Shown here: positions 22,180 through 30,596 of the stretch, one piece after another | Layout of the letters: every line of letters starts with the position of its first letter | How positions within the stretch are numbered: the first letter of the stretch is position 1 | From: an uncultured Bdellovibrio sp. | GTDB lineage: Bacteria; Bdellovibrionota; Bdellovibrionia; Bdellovibrionales; Bdellovibrionaceae | Direction: 5' to 3' | DNA length: 64,000 nucleotides | NCBI GenBank assembly: GCA_963932905.1 | Contig: CAWVRN010000004.1 | Location: forward strand, 144,384 to 208,383 | Notes under the pieces: model-generated | The model's database searches: none | What the model saw: the letters and a program-made list of their open reading frames with translations, nothing else | What the model was told of the DNA's origin: nothing | Made by a program: the position numbers and the translations under genes

Positions 22180-22905
22180 ATGATATACAAAGCTCAAGAT
22201 GTACTACTCGATAGTGCTAAACGCATTCTCGTAGACTCAAATATCATCGTTGCCTATTTCGATGAAAAGCATAAGTTTCATAAAGAAGTTTTTGATAGAC
22301 TAAATCCAGTATATTTAAACGGAGCAAGTTTTTTCTATGTTCAACCATGCCTTTTAGAATTTAAGGAGTATTGGCGTAGAAAAAAACTAACAGAATGTAT
22401 TGAAGAAATGATCGGAAAAGAGTTCTATTTTTTCAGAGAGTTTCGAAAGTTATATAATAAATTTCGTACCGACAATCAAAATCAAGGTTATGAGTACTTA
22501 AGTGATCGACAAATCAAAAATCTTCGTGGCACTCTTGAAAACATACACAACAATAAAGGATTAAACTTCTGGTTCGATTTAAGCAATGTTGCATTAACAG
22601 GAACTTTATCCAACTTAGAAAATCGATTATCTAAATCGAAATTTATCTACGCCAAATTTGATGACAATAATCTTTTTCCAATATCAAACAAACCAAACTG
22701 GCCTAAGTGGATTGACGCTGATTTGGCCCAGGAAAAATTTTGTTTAGCAGCTAACGATGCGGCGATCTTGAATATGACAAACAATGCATTTAACATTGAC
22801 TCATTTATTTCAAATGACGGAGACATGCTGTTTGCGGTTAGCAACGGTGCGCTCAAACATCAAATTAATACATATACTTTTTTAGATAACTCAAACTTTA
22901 TCTGA
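22180..22905 (+). CDS. PIN-domain (VapC-like) ribonuclease with an internal insertion
   Basis: ILVDSNIIVAY..D...H, conserved E (LLEF), NDAAIL and FISNDGD: the acidic PIN signature. Confidence 0.75.
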   Translation: MIYKAQDVLLDSAKRILVDSNIIVAYFDEKHKFHKEVFDRLNPVYLNGASFFYVQPCLLEFKEYWRRKKLTECIEEMIGKEFYFFREFRKLYNKFRTDNQNQGYEYLSDRQIKNLRGTLENIHNNKGLNFWFDLSNVALTGTLSNLENRLSKSKFIYAKFDDNNLFPISNKPNWPKWIDADLAQEKFCLAANDAAILNMTNNAFNIDSFISNDGDMLFAVSNGALKHQINTYTFLDNSNFI

Positions 22906-23135
22906 ATTCTAAATAGGTATTACTATATAATTTTACTTACCTCTATTGCAAAGCTCCTGAGCATTTGGCTCATCTTTCCGGCACATGTTATCAACAGAAT
23001 CCCAGCAACCCCCTCCGTCTAAGCAAGCGTCTTTTTTCTCACAGCTAAGAGATAAAAAAATTATTGATAGCAACAAAATTTTAACTAAATTTTTGGAATG
23101 TTAAATTTCTTTCCGTTTGAATGTTTGTTAGGGAA

Positions 23136-23693
23136 TTATGAGTATGTTTTTATCCAATCATCAATTTGGTTTTGCAAATCCTTGTCTTGCCACTCAAAAT
23201 AAAAATTGCCGTCAAGGTCTTTCTTGTATTGCAAATTAGTCTTTGGCGGCACATTGCTAGTAGTGCCTTCTTTCAACTCAAGGCCAACTTTTTTAGAAAA
23301 CAAATCTGCATATGCTAAATGATCATTTGGGTAAAACCTTGTACTCGCCATTTGTTGATTGAAAAATGTGATTGTCAGAGTTCCCTTAATTCCTAAATGC
23401 TCATAGTTCTTAATTTTCCAACTCAAGATGCTAAATGCTGGCCTAGTATCTCCGTTTTCTAGTTTACTATCTTCGATGACTTCAACACTATAGTTTGCAT
23501 TTTTTAGAATGTCTTGCGCCTGAGCTGGGTTCATCAAACTAGAGAATGGATCAACTAATTCGGTCTTGATCGTAACGTTGTTTTCTGTGTAGCTAGGTCT
23601 ATAAAAATAAAATAGTGACGCCACAACAAATATAAGAAATCCCACAACAATTATTATTTTTTTATTTTTCAAAGCGATCTCCTCAGTACCCAT
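23136..23693 (-). CDS. membrane-anchored periplasmic protein, putative orphan immunity protein
   Basis: N-terminal TM; its start overlaps the end of a toxin-like remnant (ATGGGTACTGA). Confidence 0.6.
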   Translation of the reverse strand: MGTEEIALKNKKIIIVVGFLIFVVASLFYFYRPSYTENNVTIKTELVDPFSSLMNPAQAQDILKNANYSVEVIEDSKLENGDTRPAFSILSWKIKNYEHLGIKGTLTITFFNQQMASTRFYPNDHLAYADLFSKKVGLELKEGTTSNVPPKTNLQYKKDLDGNFYFEWQDKDLQNQIDDWIKTYS

Positions 23694-23810
23694 TTGAGCC
23701 CGTTACCGGCGTGGTAGTCAATATGCCATTAGTAAGTGAACTCATGCACTTCTGCGAGCAAGTTCCTGCCCCTGCAGAGTTACCTCCGTGGTAGCTTCCG
23801 GTAGCATTAT
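23683..23810 (-). pseudogene. 3' remnant of a probable toxin tip
   Basis: Open frame NATGSYHGGNSAGAGTCSQKCMSSLTNGILTTTPVTGSNGY* overlapping the next gene start; cut off by recombinase copy 2. Confidence 0.45.
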
Positions 23811-24287
23811 TATTTCTATCCAATTCTAAAAATATTTTCAGAATCTGGAGCAAAGCTCTGCGAAATCATCGATTTAAATTGGCAACAAGTAGATCTGGAA
23901 AATAAAGAAATAACATTTCCTAGAACCATCAAATCGCAATCTCGGAAAATAAAGATTTCAGACGAACTAACTTCAATTCTAGAAAAGAAGAAAGAAGTAA
24001 CTGGATATGTTTTTAAAACTTATTATAACGAGGCGTTCAGCAAACCTAAACTGGCCCGACTGGTTAACGAATTTAAAATCAAAACAAAATGTGAAATTAA
24101 ATGGACGTTGATGGATCTAAGACATTCTTTTGCTGTTAACTTTCTTCGCTCGGGTGGAGACATTAGAAAGCTTCAGTACTTAATGGGGCACGACAACATT
24201 TACGATACAAGGCGCCTATACGCAGGTGCTGTCGCAAAAACAGACTCGCAAGTGGACACTTTAAATCCGTTTGAAATCGGGTCCTGA
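23811..24287 (+). pseudogene. tyrosine recombinase, C-terminal fragment (copy 2)
   Basis: Manual translation YFYPILKIFSESGAKLCEIIDLNWQQVDL...MDLRHSFAVNFLRSGGDIRKLQYLMGHDNIYDTRRLY...NPFEIGS*. No start codon; in-frame stop at 23802; colinear with copy 1. Confidence 0.85.
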
Positions 24288-24391
24288 ATCGTACAATTCG
24301 CAGCGCCAGGATCACGGGCGGCCCAGTATCCGGGCCCCCATTTTTTGGGTTTAATAAAGAATTTTGGTAAACTTTTGGCCAAAGTTTGGCC
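24288..24391. repeat. conserved GC-rich non-coding block after the recombinase (copy 2)
   Basis: Near-identical to 20817-20920. Confidence 0.85.
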
Positions 24392-24458
24392 TCGGATTTT
24401 GAAGTAATAAAGCTATTTTTAAAAATAGCTTTATTACGTGCGCTCACTATGGCTCAGT

Positions 24459-24764
24459 CTAGTGGATCACAGAGTTTGGCGGTTGCTTGATATCCGGAAT
24501 TTTATATATTCCAAAACCAATTAACAATACTCCAACAAAACAAAGTACATAGCCCAATATTTTTTCATAATGAATTAGTTCATCGGCACCACCACCAATT
24601 TTTTGAACTATATCCAGACTTGCAAGTATTGGAAAAAATAGAAGTATGCCTCCGCAAAGACCAACAACAATTCCTAAAAATATTAATTTTAGTCCACCCT
24701 GACTTTTATTTTTAAAGTTTTCTATATTATCAATTTGCGGTTTTGGAGGCACAATCTGATTCAT
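24459..24764 (-). CDS. putative immunity protein (2 TM)
   Basis: ATG 24764 behind an AGGAGA RBS; follows a decayed toxin tip. Confidence 0.6.
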   Translation of the reverse strand: MNQIVPPKPQIDNIENFKNKSQGGLKLIFLGIVVGLCGGILLFFPILASLDIVQKIGGGADELIHYEKILGYVLCFVGVLLIGFGIYKIPDIKQPPNSVIH

Positions 24765-24772
24765 AAATTCTC

Positions 24773-25002
24773 CTATGGTGTGAAAGGGCTTAACATCAAA
24801 GCAAGACATGCCTTATAACCAAATTTATCAATGGCATATCTAGTTGCTCCAGTTGCGGCAGACTACGCCGCTAGCTTACCAACCTTTCTCATAAATCCTG
24901 CTTTAACCGTATCATCGATATGATCGATGATACGAATCAACACTTACACGAAATCTATCGAGGGTTGCCTATCGACTAAGAGTGCCGGTCTCGTGCTCCA
25001 TA
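24773..25002 (-). pseudogene. decayed Rhs tip (cassette A')
   Basis: Starts YGARD then degenerates; 3' frame ...KLAA*SAATGATRYAIDKFGYKACLALMLSPFTP* has an internal stop. Confidence 0.55.
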
Positions 25003-25035
25003 GCTCCTAACGGCCGTTTCTGGCCGTCAAAAATT
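25003..25035. repeat. collapsed cassette linker
   Basis: GCTCCTAACGGCCGTTTCTGGCCGTCAAAAATT: the first ACGGCCG box is fused directly to the hairpin. Confidence 0.7.
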
Positions 25036-25098
25036 AGGGACTACAAAGCTTTAGTTAACAACTATCACAACTGGTTTTATGCTTGCTTCCTTCTTAAA

Positions 25099-25224
25099 CT
25101 ACTTTTCTTCTGCAAGAATTTGCTGATCAGAATTTTTATAAAAACAAGATTTAACCACTACTGTAATGGCAATAGTGGTAACAAAAATAAGTGCATATAT
25201 GATAATTTTTTTCTTACTACTCAA
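25099..25224 (-). CDS. 41-aa single-TM putative immunity peptide for tip B
   Basis: Manual ORF with TTG start and GGGAG RBS: MSSKKKIIIYALIFVTTIAITVVVKSCFYKNSDQQILAEEK. Confidence 0.5.
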   Translation of the reverse strand: MSSKKKIIIYALIFVTTIAITVVVKSCFYKNSDQQILAEEK

Positions 25225-25276
25225 GCACACTCCCTTTCCAAAAATATTCTTACAACCTATATTATAACTAATTTAT

Positions 25277-25639
25277 CTATGCGGGACATTTATTAATTGG
25301 CTTTGGACGTCCAGGCCGAGGAAATCGATCTGGTTGTCTTGTTTTAGGAAGCCTCTCAATTTGTGTTGGGGGACCATTGATAAATTCATCCCATCTAAGC
25401 CTCCACTTTAAGGTGTAAGTCATTGGATCTTTAAAATAATCAACTAATTCCTCACCAATTAGAAGCCCGGTCCCAACAACTATAGGAACTATAATAAATG
25501 GATTCAGCCCACTCGGATCTGTAAAGTTCACAGGATCGTTCCAAGTATAACCGTAGAGATTAGTATCAGCACCTTCAAACAAAATGGGATCCTAGCTCGT
25601 CCATCTCCCCGTCTCAGGATCATAATTCCTGGCACCAAA
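25277..25639 (-). pseudogene. orphan Rhs core end + toxin tip (cassette B)
   Basis: [43 protein letters not shown] then a unique tip; TAG at the Lys codon. Confidence 0.85.
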
Positions 25640-25713
25640 GCCTCTAACGGCCGTATCACAACACAATATTTTCAAACTCAAAAAAGAAAACGGCCGATCT
25701 CGGCCGCTAAAAA
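25640..25713. repeat. cassette linker (CGGCCG x3, hairpin)
   Basis: GCCTCTAACGGCCGTATC...AAAACGGCCG-ATCT-CGGCCGCTAAAAA. Confidence 0.85.
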
Positions 25714-25752
25714 TAATTTTGATACTAATTGCTTTAACTATTTTAAAAGAAA

Positions 25753-26175
25753 TTATTGGAGTCTATTTAAAACAAAAACAACTACCAAAGAAACAACAAA
25801 AACAAATCCAATAGCTATAGCAACCAAAACAAAGGGATGTACTCCTAATCGATCTATCTTATATCCCTGATTGTTATAATTTCTAATTAAACCTACTAAA
25901 CGCTCCCGGGCACTTTTTCCTCCAGCATTCCAGATATCATCACTTTGAGCCTGCACTATAAATTTTGTTTTATTTGGATATTTTACCCATGAGACCCGTA
26001 CCTTAACACGCTGAAAACCATACTTTACTACGCCCTCAAAAAAGTGTTCCTGCTCATTACTAATTTTTCCTAATTTCTGAAGGGCGGCCTTAGCTACTTG
26101 CAAACTTGTTGCAAAGTCTTGTTGAGTCTCCACTTCTCCATTTCCTAAATCTACAAAATCCATATTCATCCCCAT
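25753..26175 (-). CDS. putative immunity protein (C-terminal TM) for tip C
   Basis: Starts 6 bp after the toxin stop. Confidence 0.65.
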   Translation of the reverse strand: MGMNMDFVDLGNGEVETQQDFATSLQVAKAALQKLGKISNEQEHFFEGVVKYGFQRVKVRVSWVKYPNKTKFIVQAQSDDIWNAGGKSARERLVGLIRNYNNQGYKIDRLGVHPFVLVAIAIGFVFVVSLVVVFVLNRLQ

Positions 26176-26180
26176 TCAAA

Positions 26181-26543
26181 TTATTTGTCTAATATTTGAT
26201 CGATGTTGCTTTTACCATCATCAATGATAATAGGTAAAAGTACCTGACCCGCACCTATAGCAGCACCAAGCGCGGCACCCGCTATCATCCCTGGGCCAGA
26301 GCCAGCCGGCAAACACATACCAACCGTCGCTCCAGTAACTCCGCCAATTACAGCCCCTTTAAACGCTCCTTTTCCTGCATCTAATATATCTCTAGAGGTT
26401 ATTTTCCTCAACCCATCTGGATCAATAAAATTCACCGGGTCCTGTAGCACATACCCATACAAATTCGTATCCCCACCAGCAAACCCAATCGGATCCTTCG
26501 AAGTCCACCGTCCAACCTCAGGATCATAATCCCTGGCTCCGAA
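26181..26543 (-). pseudogene. orphan Rhs core end + glycine-zipper tip (cassette C)
   Basis: [44 protein letters not shown] followed by GAxxG-rich helices. Confidence 0.85.
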
Positions 26544-26659
26544 GCCCCTAACGGCCGTATCTCCTTAAGGAAAATCGAACTGGAAAATTAAAACGGCCGC
26601 TTTCGCGGCCGTTTTAATTATTTATGCATCAACTATCTTAACTGACTCCGATAGACTAG
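26544..26659. repeat. cassette linker (CGGCCG x3, hairpin)
   Basis: GCCCCTAACGGCCGTATC...AATTAAAACGGCCGC-TTTC-GCGGCCGTTTTAATT...ATCAACTATCTT...CTAG. Confidence 0.9.
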
Positions 26660-26672
26660 AATTTAAATTGCA

Positions 26673-26963
26673 TTAGAATATTTCCTTTTCTAAGAATAAA
26701 AATAAGAGACTAACAGCAGTCGCACTAATCATTATTAGATAGCCTAAATAATACAATTTTTTCATTTCTGGAGTCATTTCTCTTGCTCCAAAACTTACCC
26801 AATTGCCTTTTTTGAGAATCGAAATTTTAGCCCTGAAAAACAGTACAAAACCAACAATGAAAATCAGTGCTAACTGCACTCTAAAATTTAGTGAAAGCAA
26901 GGCGCCACAAATCAAAGGTCCATAAAAAATTGCTGCGTTAAATTTAGCTGACTGTGGGCCCAT
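26673..26963 (-). CDS. putative membrane immunity protein for tip D
   Basis: AGGAGA RBS, three hydrophobic segments, starts 12 bp after the toxin stop. Confidence 0.65.
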   Translation of the reverse strand: MGPQSAKFNAAIFYGPLICGALLSLNFRVQLALIFIVGFVLFFRAKISILKKGNWVSFGAREMTPEMKKLYYLGYLIMISATAVSLLFLFLEKEIF

Positions 26964-26974
26964 ATTTTCTCCTT

Positions 26975-27379
26975 TTATATTCCTGGAACTGGGGGAACTG
27001 TATTACCCGGATTAACCATGCCACATCGGTATCCAGCACCTGCGACGCCTTTCCAACCACCGTAGCTACTGATAAGCGAATAATTTTTATCGTACTCATC
27101 ATATAAGGGATCATTTAATTTATCTGCCTCGCATTTTCCCTTAGTAAGCTCATTGTACTTTATTTTAGTGTATAAGACAGCATTTCTGGCCGTCAATGCC
27201 GCAACCAAGGCATAATTATTAATTGACCCAATAACCATACAAAGCTTTCCATCTGGGTCGATATTATTCACCGGATCCTGCAAAACATATCCATACAAAT
27301 TCGTATCTCCACCCTCAAACAGTATGGGATCTTTCGAAGTCCACCGCCCCGTCTCAGGATCATAAGCCCTGACTCCAAA
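26975..27379 (-). pseudogene. orphan Rhs core end + toxin tip (cassette D)
   Basis: [44 protein letters not shown] then a unique tip. Confidence 0.85.
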
Positions 27380-27493
27380 GCCACTAACGGCCGTATCTCA
27401 TTCAGGAAAATCGAACCGCAAAATTAAAACGGCCGCGTTTGCGGCCGGAGAACTACTTAGGTATCAACTATCTTGATTGGCTCCGTGGCCTAG
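27380..27493. repeat. cassette linker (CGGCCG x3, hairpin)
   Basis: GCCACTAACGGCCGTATC...AAAACGGCCGC-GTTT-GCGGCCG...ATCAACTATCTT...CTAG; alignable with 26544-26659 over its whole length. Confidence 0.9.
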
Positions 27494-27666
27494 TTTTGTT
27501 TCTCAATAGCTGGTGCTATTTTAATCTTATCTCTTAGCTCTCTTTCTGTTTTATCTGTCCTATTAAAATAAAAAGCTTTAAGTAATGCGAAAAAGAAAAC
27601 CAGCAGGCAGAATATCCATATCCACAATCGTTCATTTTTTTTAAAACTATTTAAAAGCCTTCTCAA
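27490..27666 (-). CDS. 58-aa single-TM putative immunity peptide for tip E
   Basis: Manual ORF; TTG overlaps the toxin [46 protein letters not shown]...EKQN. Confidence 0.55.
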   Translation of the reverse strand: MRRLLNSFKKNERLWIWIFCLLVFFFALLKAFYFNRTDKTERELRDKIKIAPAIEKQN

Positions 27667-28043
27667 GAATTCTCTCCCCCATGATAGCTGTTAGGATACC
27701 CTTTTGGCGGTCTAAGTCTATGCCATTTAGGCATCGGAGTAGATTTTATTTTTTTAGGAACAGGACAGGTTCCAAAGTTTCTCGAATCGTTCTCTATTTC
27801 GTTAAACTCACCTTCGCCAAAATTATCTCCCAAAATTGTTCCAATGTAGTCTCCTAAAAAATATATTCCAGGTAAGATAATAGGTGCCAATATCGGCCCA
27901 ACGGCTGCTTTCCCCTCAGGATCAATTAAATTCACCGGATCCTGCAACACATATCCATACAAATTAGTATCACCGCCATTAAATAAAATAGGATCTTTCG
28001 AAGTCCATCGACCAGTCTCAGGATCATAATCACGGCCGCCGAA
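27663..28043 (-). pseudogene. orphan Rhs core end + toxin tip (cassette E)
   Basis: [44 protein letters not shown] then a hydrophobic tip. Confidence 0.85.
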
Positions 28044-28118
28044 GCCCCTAAGGGCCGTATCCCGATACAACAATTCCAAAACTCACAAAATAAAAACGGC
28101 CGTTTTCGGCCGTTAAAA
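28044..28118. repeat. cassette linker (hairpin; first box variant AGGGCCG)
   Basis: GCCCCTAAGGGCCGTATC...AAAAACGGCCG-TTTT-CGGCCGTTAAAA. Confidence 0.85.
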
Positions 28119-28177
28119 ATAATATTCGAAATCAACAATTACTTTTATATTCTTGGGCCACGAAAACTCACTAAAAA

Positions 28178-28651
28178 CTAATTCTTAAAATTTATATTTT
28201 CAAAAACTGAAGTTAGCTGATGCTTTTCCAGTTCGCCCTTGTCTTTTTCATCGGCAACAAATTGCATTTTCTTCGCTTCTTCGAATAATGGTTGAATCTT
28301 CTCCAACTGATTTGGCGAATTGTTTCGCTGATTCTCTCTGGCGACCTCTATACCTTCGTAAAACAGCCACACTTCAATAGTAGGAATTTCTTTTTGAGGT
28401 ACAGTTTTGTAAATTTGCTTCGCCTTTTCTATATCCTGCTTGACGCAAAGGCCTCTGGCGTAGAAAGACGCAAACAAATATGCTGCCTCATTGGAAAGAT
28501 AGACAGCACGTTTAGTATTTTCGAAACTTTCGCAATACTCACCGTCTTCAAACTCATGCCTGCCTTTTTCTTCAAAATGAGAATACGTAAGTCTATAAAC
28601 TACGAATAAGCTAAAAAGCGAAATTACAGTGCCTATTATAATTTTTATCAT
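28178..28651 (-). CDS. Sel1-repeat-like membrane-anchored immunity protein
   Basis: N-terminal TM; EAAYLFASFYARGLCVKQDIEKAKQIY resembles a Sel1 repeat; TAATG overlap with the Rhs stop. Confidence 0.7.
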   Translation of the reverse strand: MIKIIIGTVISLFSLFVVYRLTYSHFEEKGRHEFEDGEYCESFENTKRAVYLSNEAAYLFASFYARGLCVKQDIEKAKQIYKTVPQKEIPTIEVWLFYEGIEVARENQRNNSPNQLEKIQPLFEEAKKMQFVADEKDKGELEKHQLTSVFENINFKN

Positions 28652-30300
28652 TATAGTCCTACCTCAATTGTATTATTTCCGTCCTCTGCACCCAACAGAT
28701 TATTTATATTACTTAAATCTGTTTCTGATGAGTTTGGATCTCCTGTTATGCAACCATTGGAGCCACCTTTCCTCAAGTGTAATAAAAAGTCTCCACCGTT
28801 TTGTCCTAGTTTAAATCCAATTCTAGAAAATAATCCAGGATCTAAAAACCAATCTCCAGTCTTTAAGCCTGGTAGCTTCCTAATATCATAAGTGCCTATT
28901 GGGATTGGACCTAAAGGAGAACCAGTTGCAGATGGTTTATTTTTAAAGGTTCCGGCGCCACTAAACATCTGCGACATGTAAGAAGTAGCACCATCATTAC
29001 TAGTACAATTTAGTTTACCACTAGTAATTGAGTAGCTACATTTCGCCAACCCCATCGGATCAATATAACTCATCGGGTCCCCGCCGACATACGCATACAA
29101 ATTCGTATCCCCACCCTCAAACAAAATCGGATCTTTACTCGTCCATCTCCCCGTCTCAGGATCATAATCCCTCGCCCCAAACCGAACCAATTTCGTGCTC
29201 CAATCGGCTAGCCCCCCGGCAAAGCCAATTGCCAGCTCGCCGCTTCGATTGTCTTGTAAAACTTTTCCAAATTCATCGTATTCAATTCTTTGAATTATGG
29301 ATCCGTCACTGCCCTTTACTACCATCACCGGGCTGCCCAATAAATCTGTAACTATTTTGTAATTTACGCCGGCTTCTATATAGTAATCAGGCGCATGGGA
29401 TTTCGTTGCGTAAACGTATCTTCGTTTTAAACTTCCGTCGGCATTTAGTTCGGCAACTAAACGACTCTGTTCCCATAAATAGCGTCTAACAACCACCCCG
29501 TTTATCTTGCGACTGACTCTTCTGTTTAGTCCATCAATATCGTAGTTGATTAACGTTCCATTTTCTAACTTGACTTGAGTTAAATTCCCGAGCGTATCAT
29601 AGACGTAACTGGCCGTTTGATTGAGCACCGTATTTGTTTTGCTTTGTAGCTCTCCGTCCGCGTTATAGGCAAAGGTGCTAGATCCAAAGCTAGACAGACG
29701 ATCTTGCGTGTCATATGCCGCTGCCGTCGTGCTGGGTGGGCTTGCGATCTGTGCAGAGGTTCTATTCCCGTTATCATCATAGGTATATTTTCTGATCCAC
29801 ACCGATGATAAATATTGGATTTCCTTTAGGCGGCCGCGATTATCATAAATATATTTATAGGCTTTAGTTGGCCAACCGCTGACTGTGTAGGATCGAGTCA
29901 AAATACGTCCCAGATTATCGCGCGTCAGGGTTTCGCTATACAGATTGGCGCTTCCGCTTACAACTGTCCGCCCAGTGATTTCTGCAAAATTATTTGTCGT
30001 AATGTTTTCATCAATCAAACCAAGCGTGGTCTTGTTCAATATTCCATTCGGAGCAGATGAATAAAATAAGTTTAAACTTCCGGCTTGGGTCAGTTGTTCA
30101 TCATCGTTATAGACATAAGGCAGAGTTTCAATTGCCCCCGCGCCCACCTTTAATTCAAAGCTAGATAGTTTTCCTTCTGATGCAAAATACTTTTTACTAT
30201 AAGCCGTGACACTGCCGTGCTCAAACGACTCTTTACTGACATAGTCTCCTAAATACTCATACCTTGTTACAATACCACTTGGTCCGGTGACACTAGATAT
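28651..30300 (-). pseudogene. rhs: 5'-truncated Rhs/YD-repeat protein with a Tlde1/DUF2778-like toxin tip
   Basis: YD repeats, core motif ...DPMSYIDPMG, tip with GPIPIGTY and FLLHLRKGGSNGCI. The frame stays open upstream of the GTG at 30147 up to 30300, where an in-frame TGA and a repeat cut it. Confidence 0.88.
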
Positions 30301-30302
30301 TC

Positions 30303-30318
30303 AAGGAGCCAGTTCTTA
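30303..30318. repeat. 16-bp perfect inverted partner of 33955-33970
   Basis: AAGGAGCCAGTTCTTA versus TAAGAACTGGCTCCTT. Confidence 0.7.
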
Positions 30319-30596
30319 TTCAATTCAATACCTGTTTTTTTGAAGAAAATCAGAGGCGATGATAAACTCTATTTACGAAAACTTCGATCATTGCTTTATT
30401 TGTAGAAACTTAAACTCGATCTGACACTTCCCACAAGTGGTTTCGATTTTATCAGACAACCGGAAAGAATGGCCAATATTTACAACATATTCGACTGTCA
30501 ATTTCTGGAGGTTCTTTCCAGTAAACTTGGGTCATAAAGTCTTTAAATTCATAATCGAGAAGTCTAACATTAGAAGATTTATGGAGACGCCAATCA

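Noticed and set aside
24163..24447. Minus-strand ORFs 24163-24447 and 24200-24382, and plus-strand ORF 24982-25296
   Set aside because: They are shadows of the recombinase fragment, the conserved block or the minus-strand cassettes.
25003..28118. CRISPR array
   Set aside because: Repeats are degenerate, separated by 600-900 bp of coding sequence, and no cas genes are present.
21504..29168. Diversity-generating retroelement TR/VR pair
   Set aside because: There is no reverse transcriptase in the window, and differences among core blocks are not adenine-specific.
20394..30300. Classical integron
   Set aside because: The recombinase fragments show no recognisable IntI-specific insertion and lie downstream of and convergent to the cassettes. 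The linkers only partly match RYYYAAC...GTTRRRY. Kept as an analogy only.
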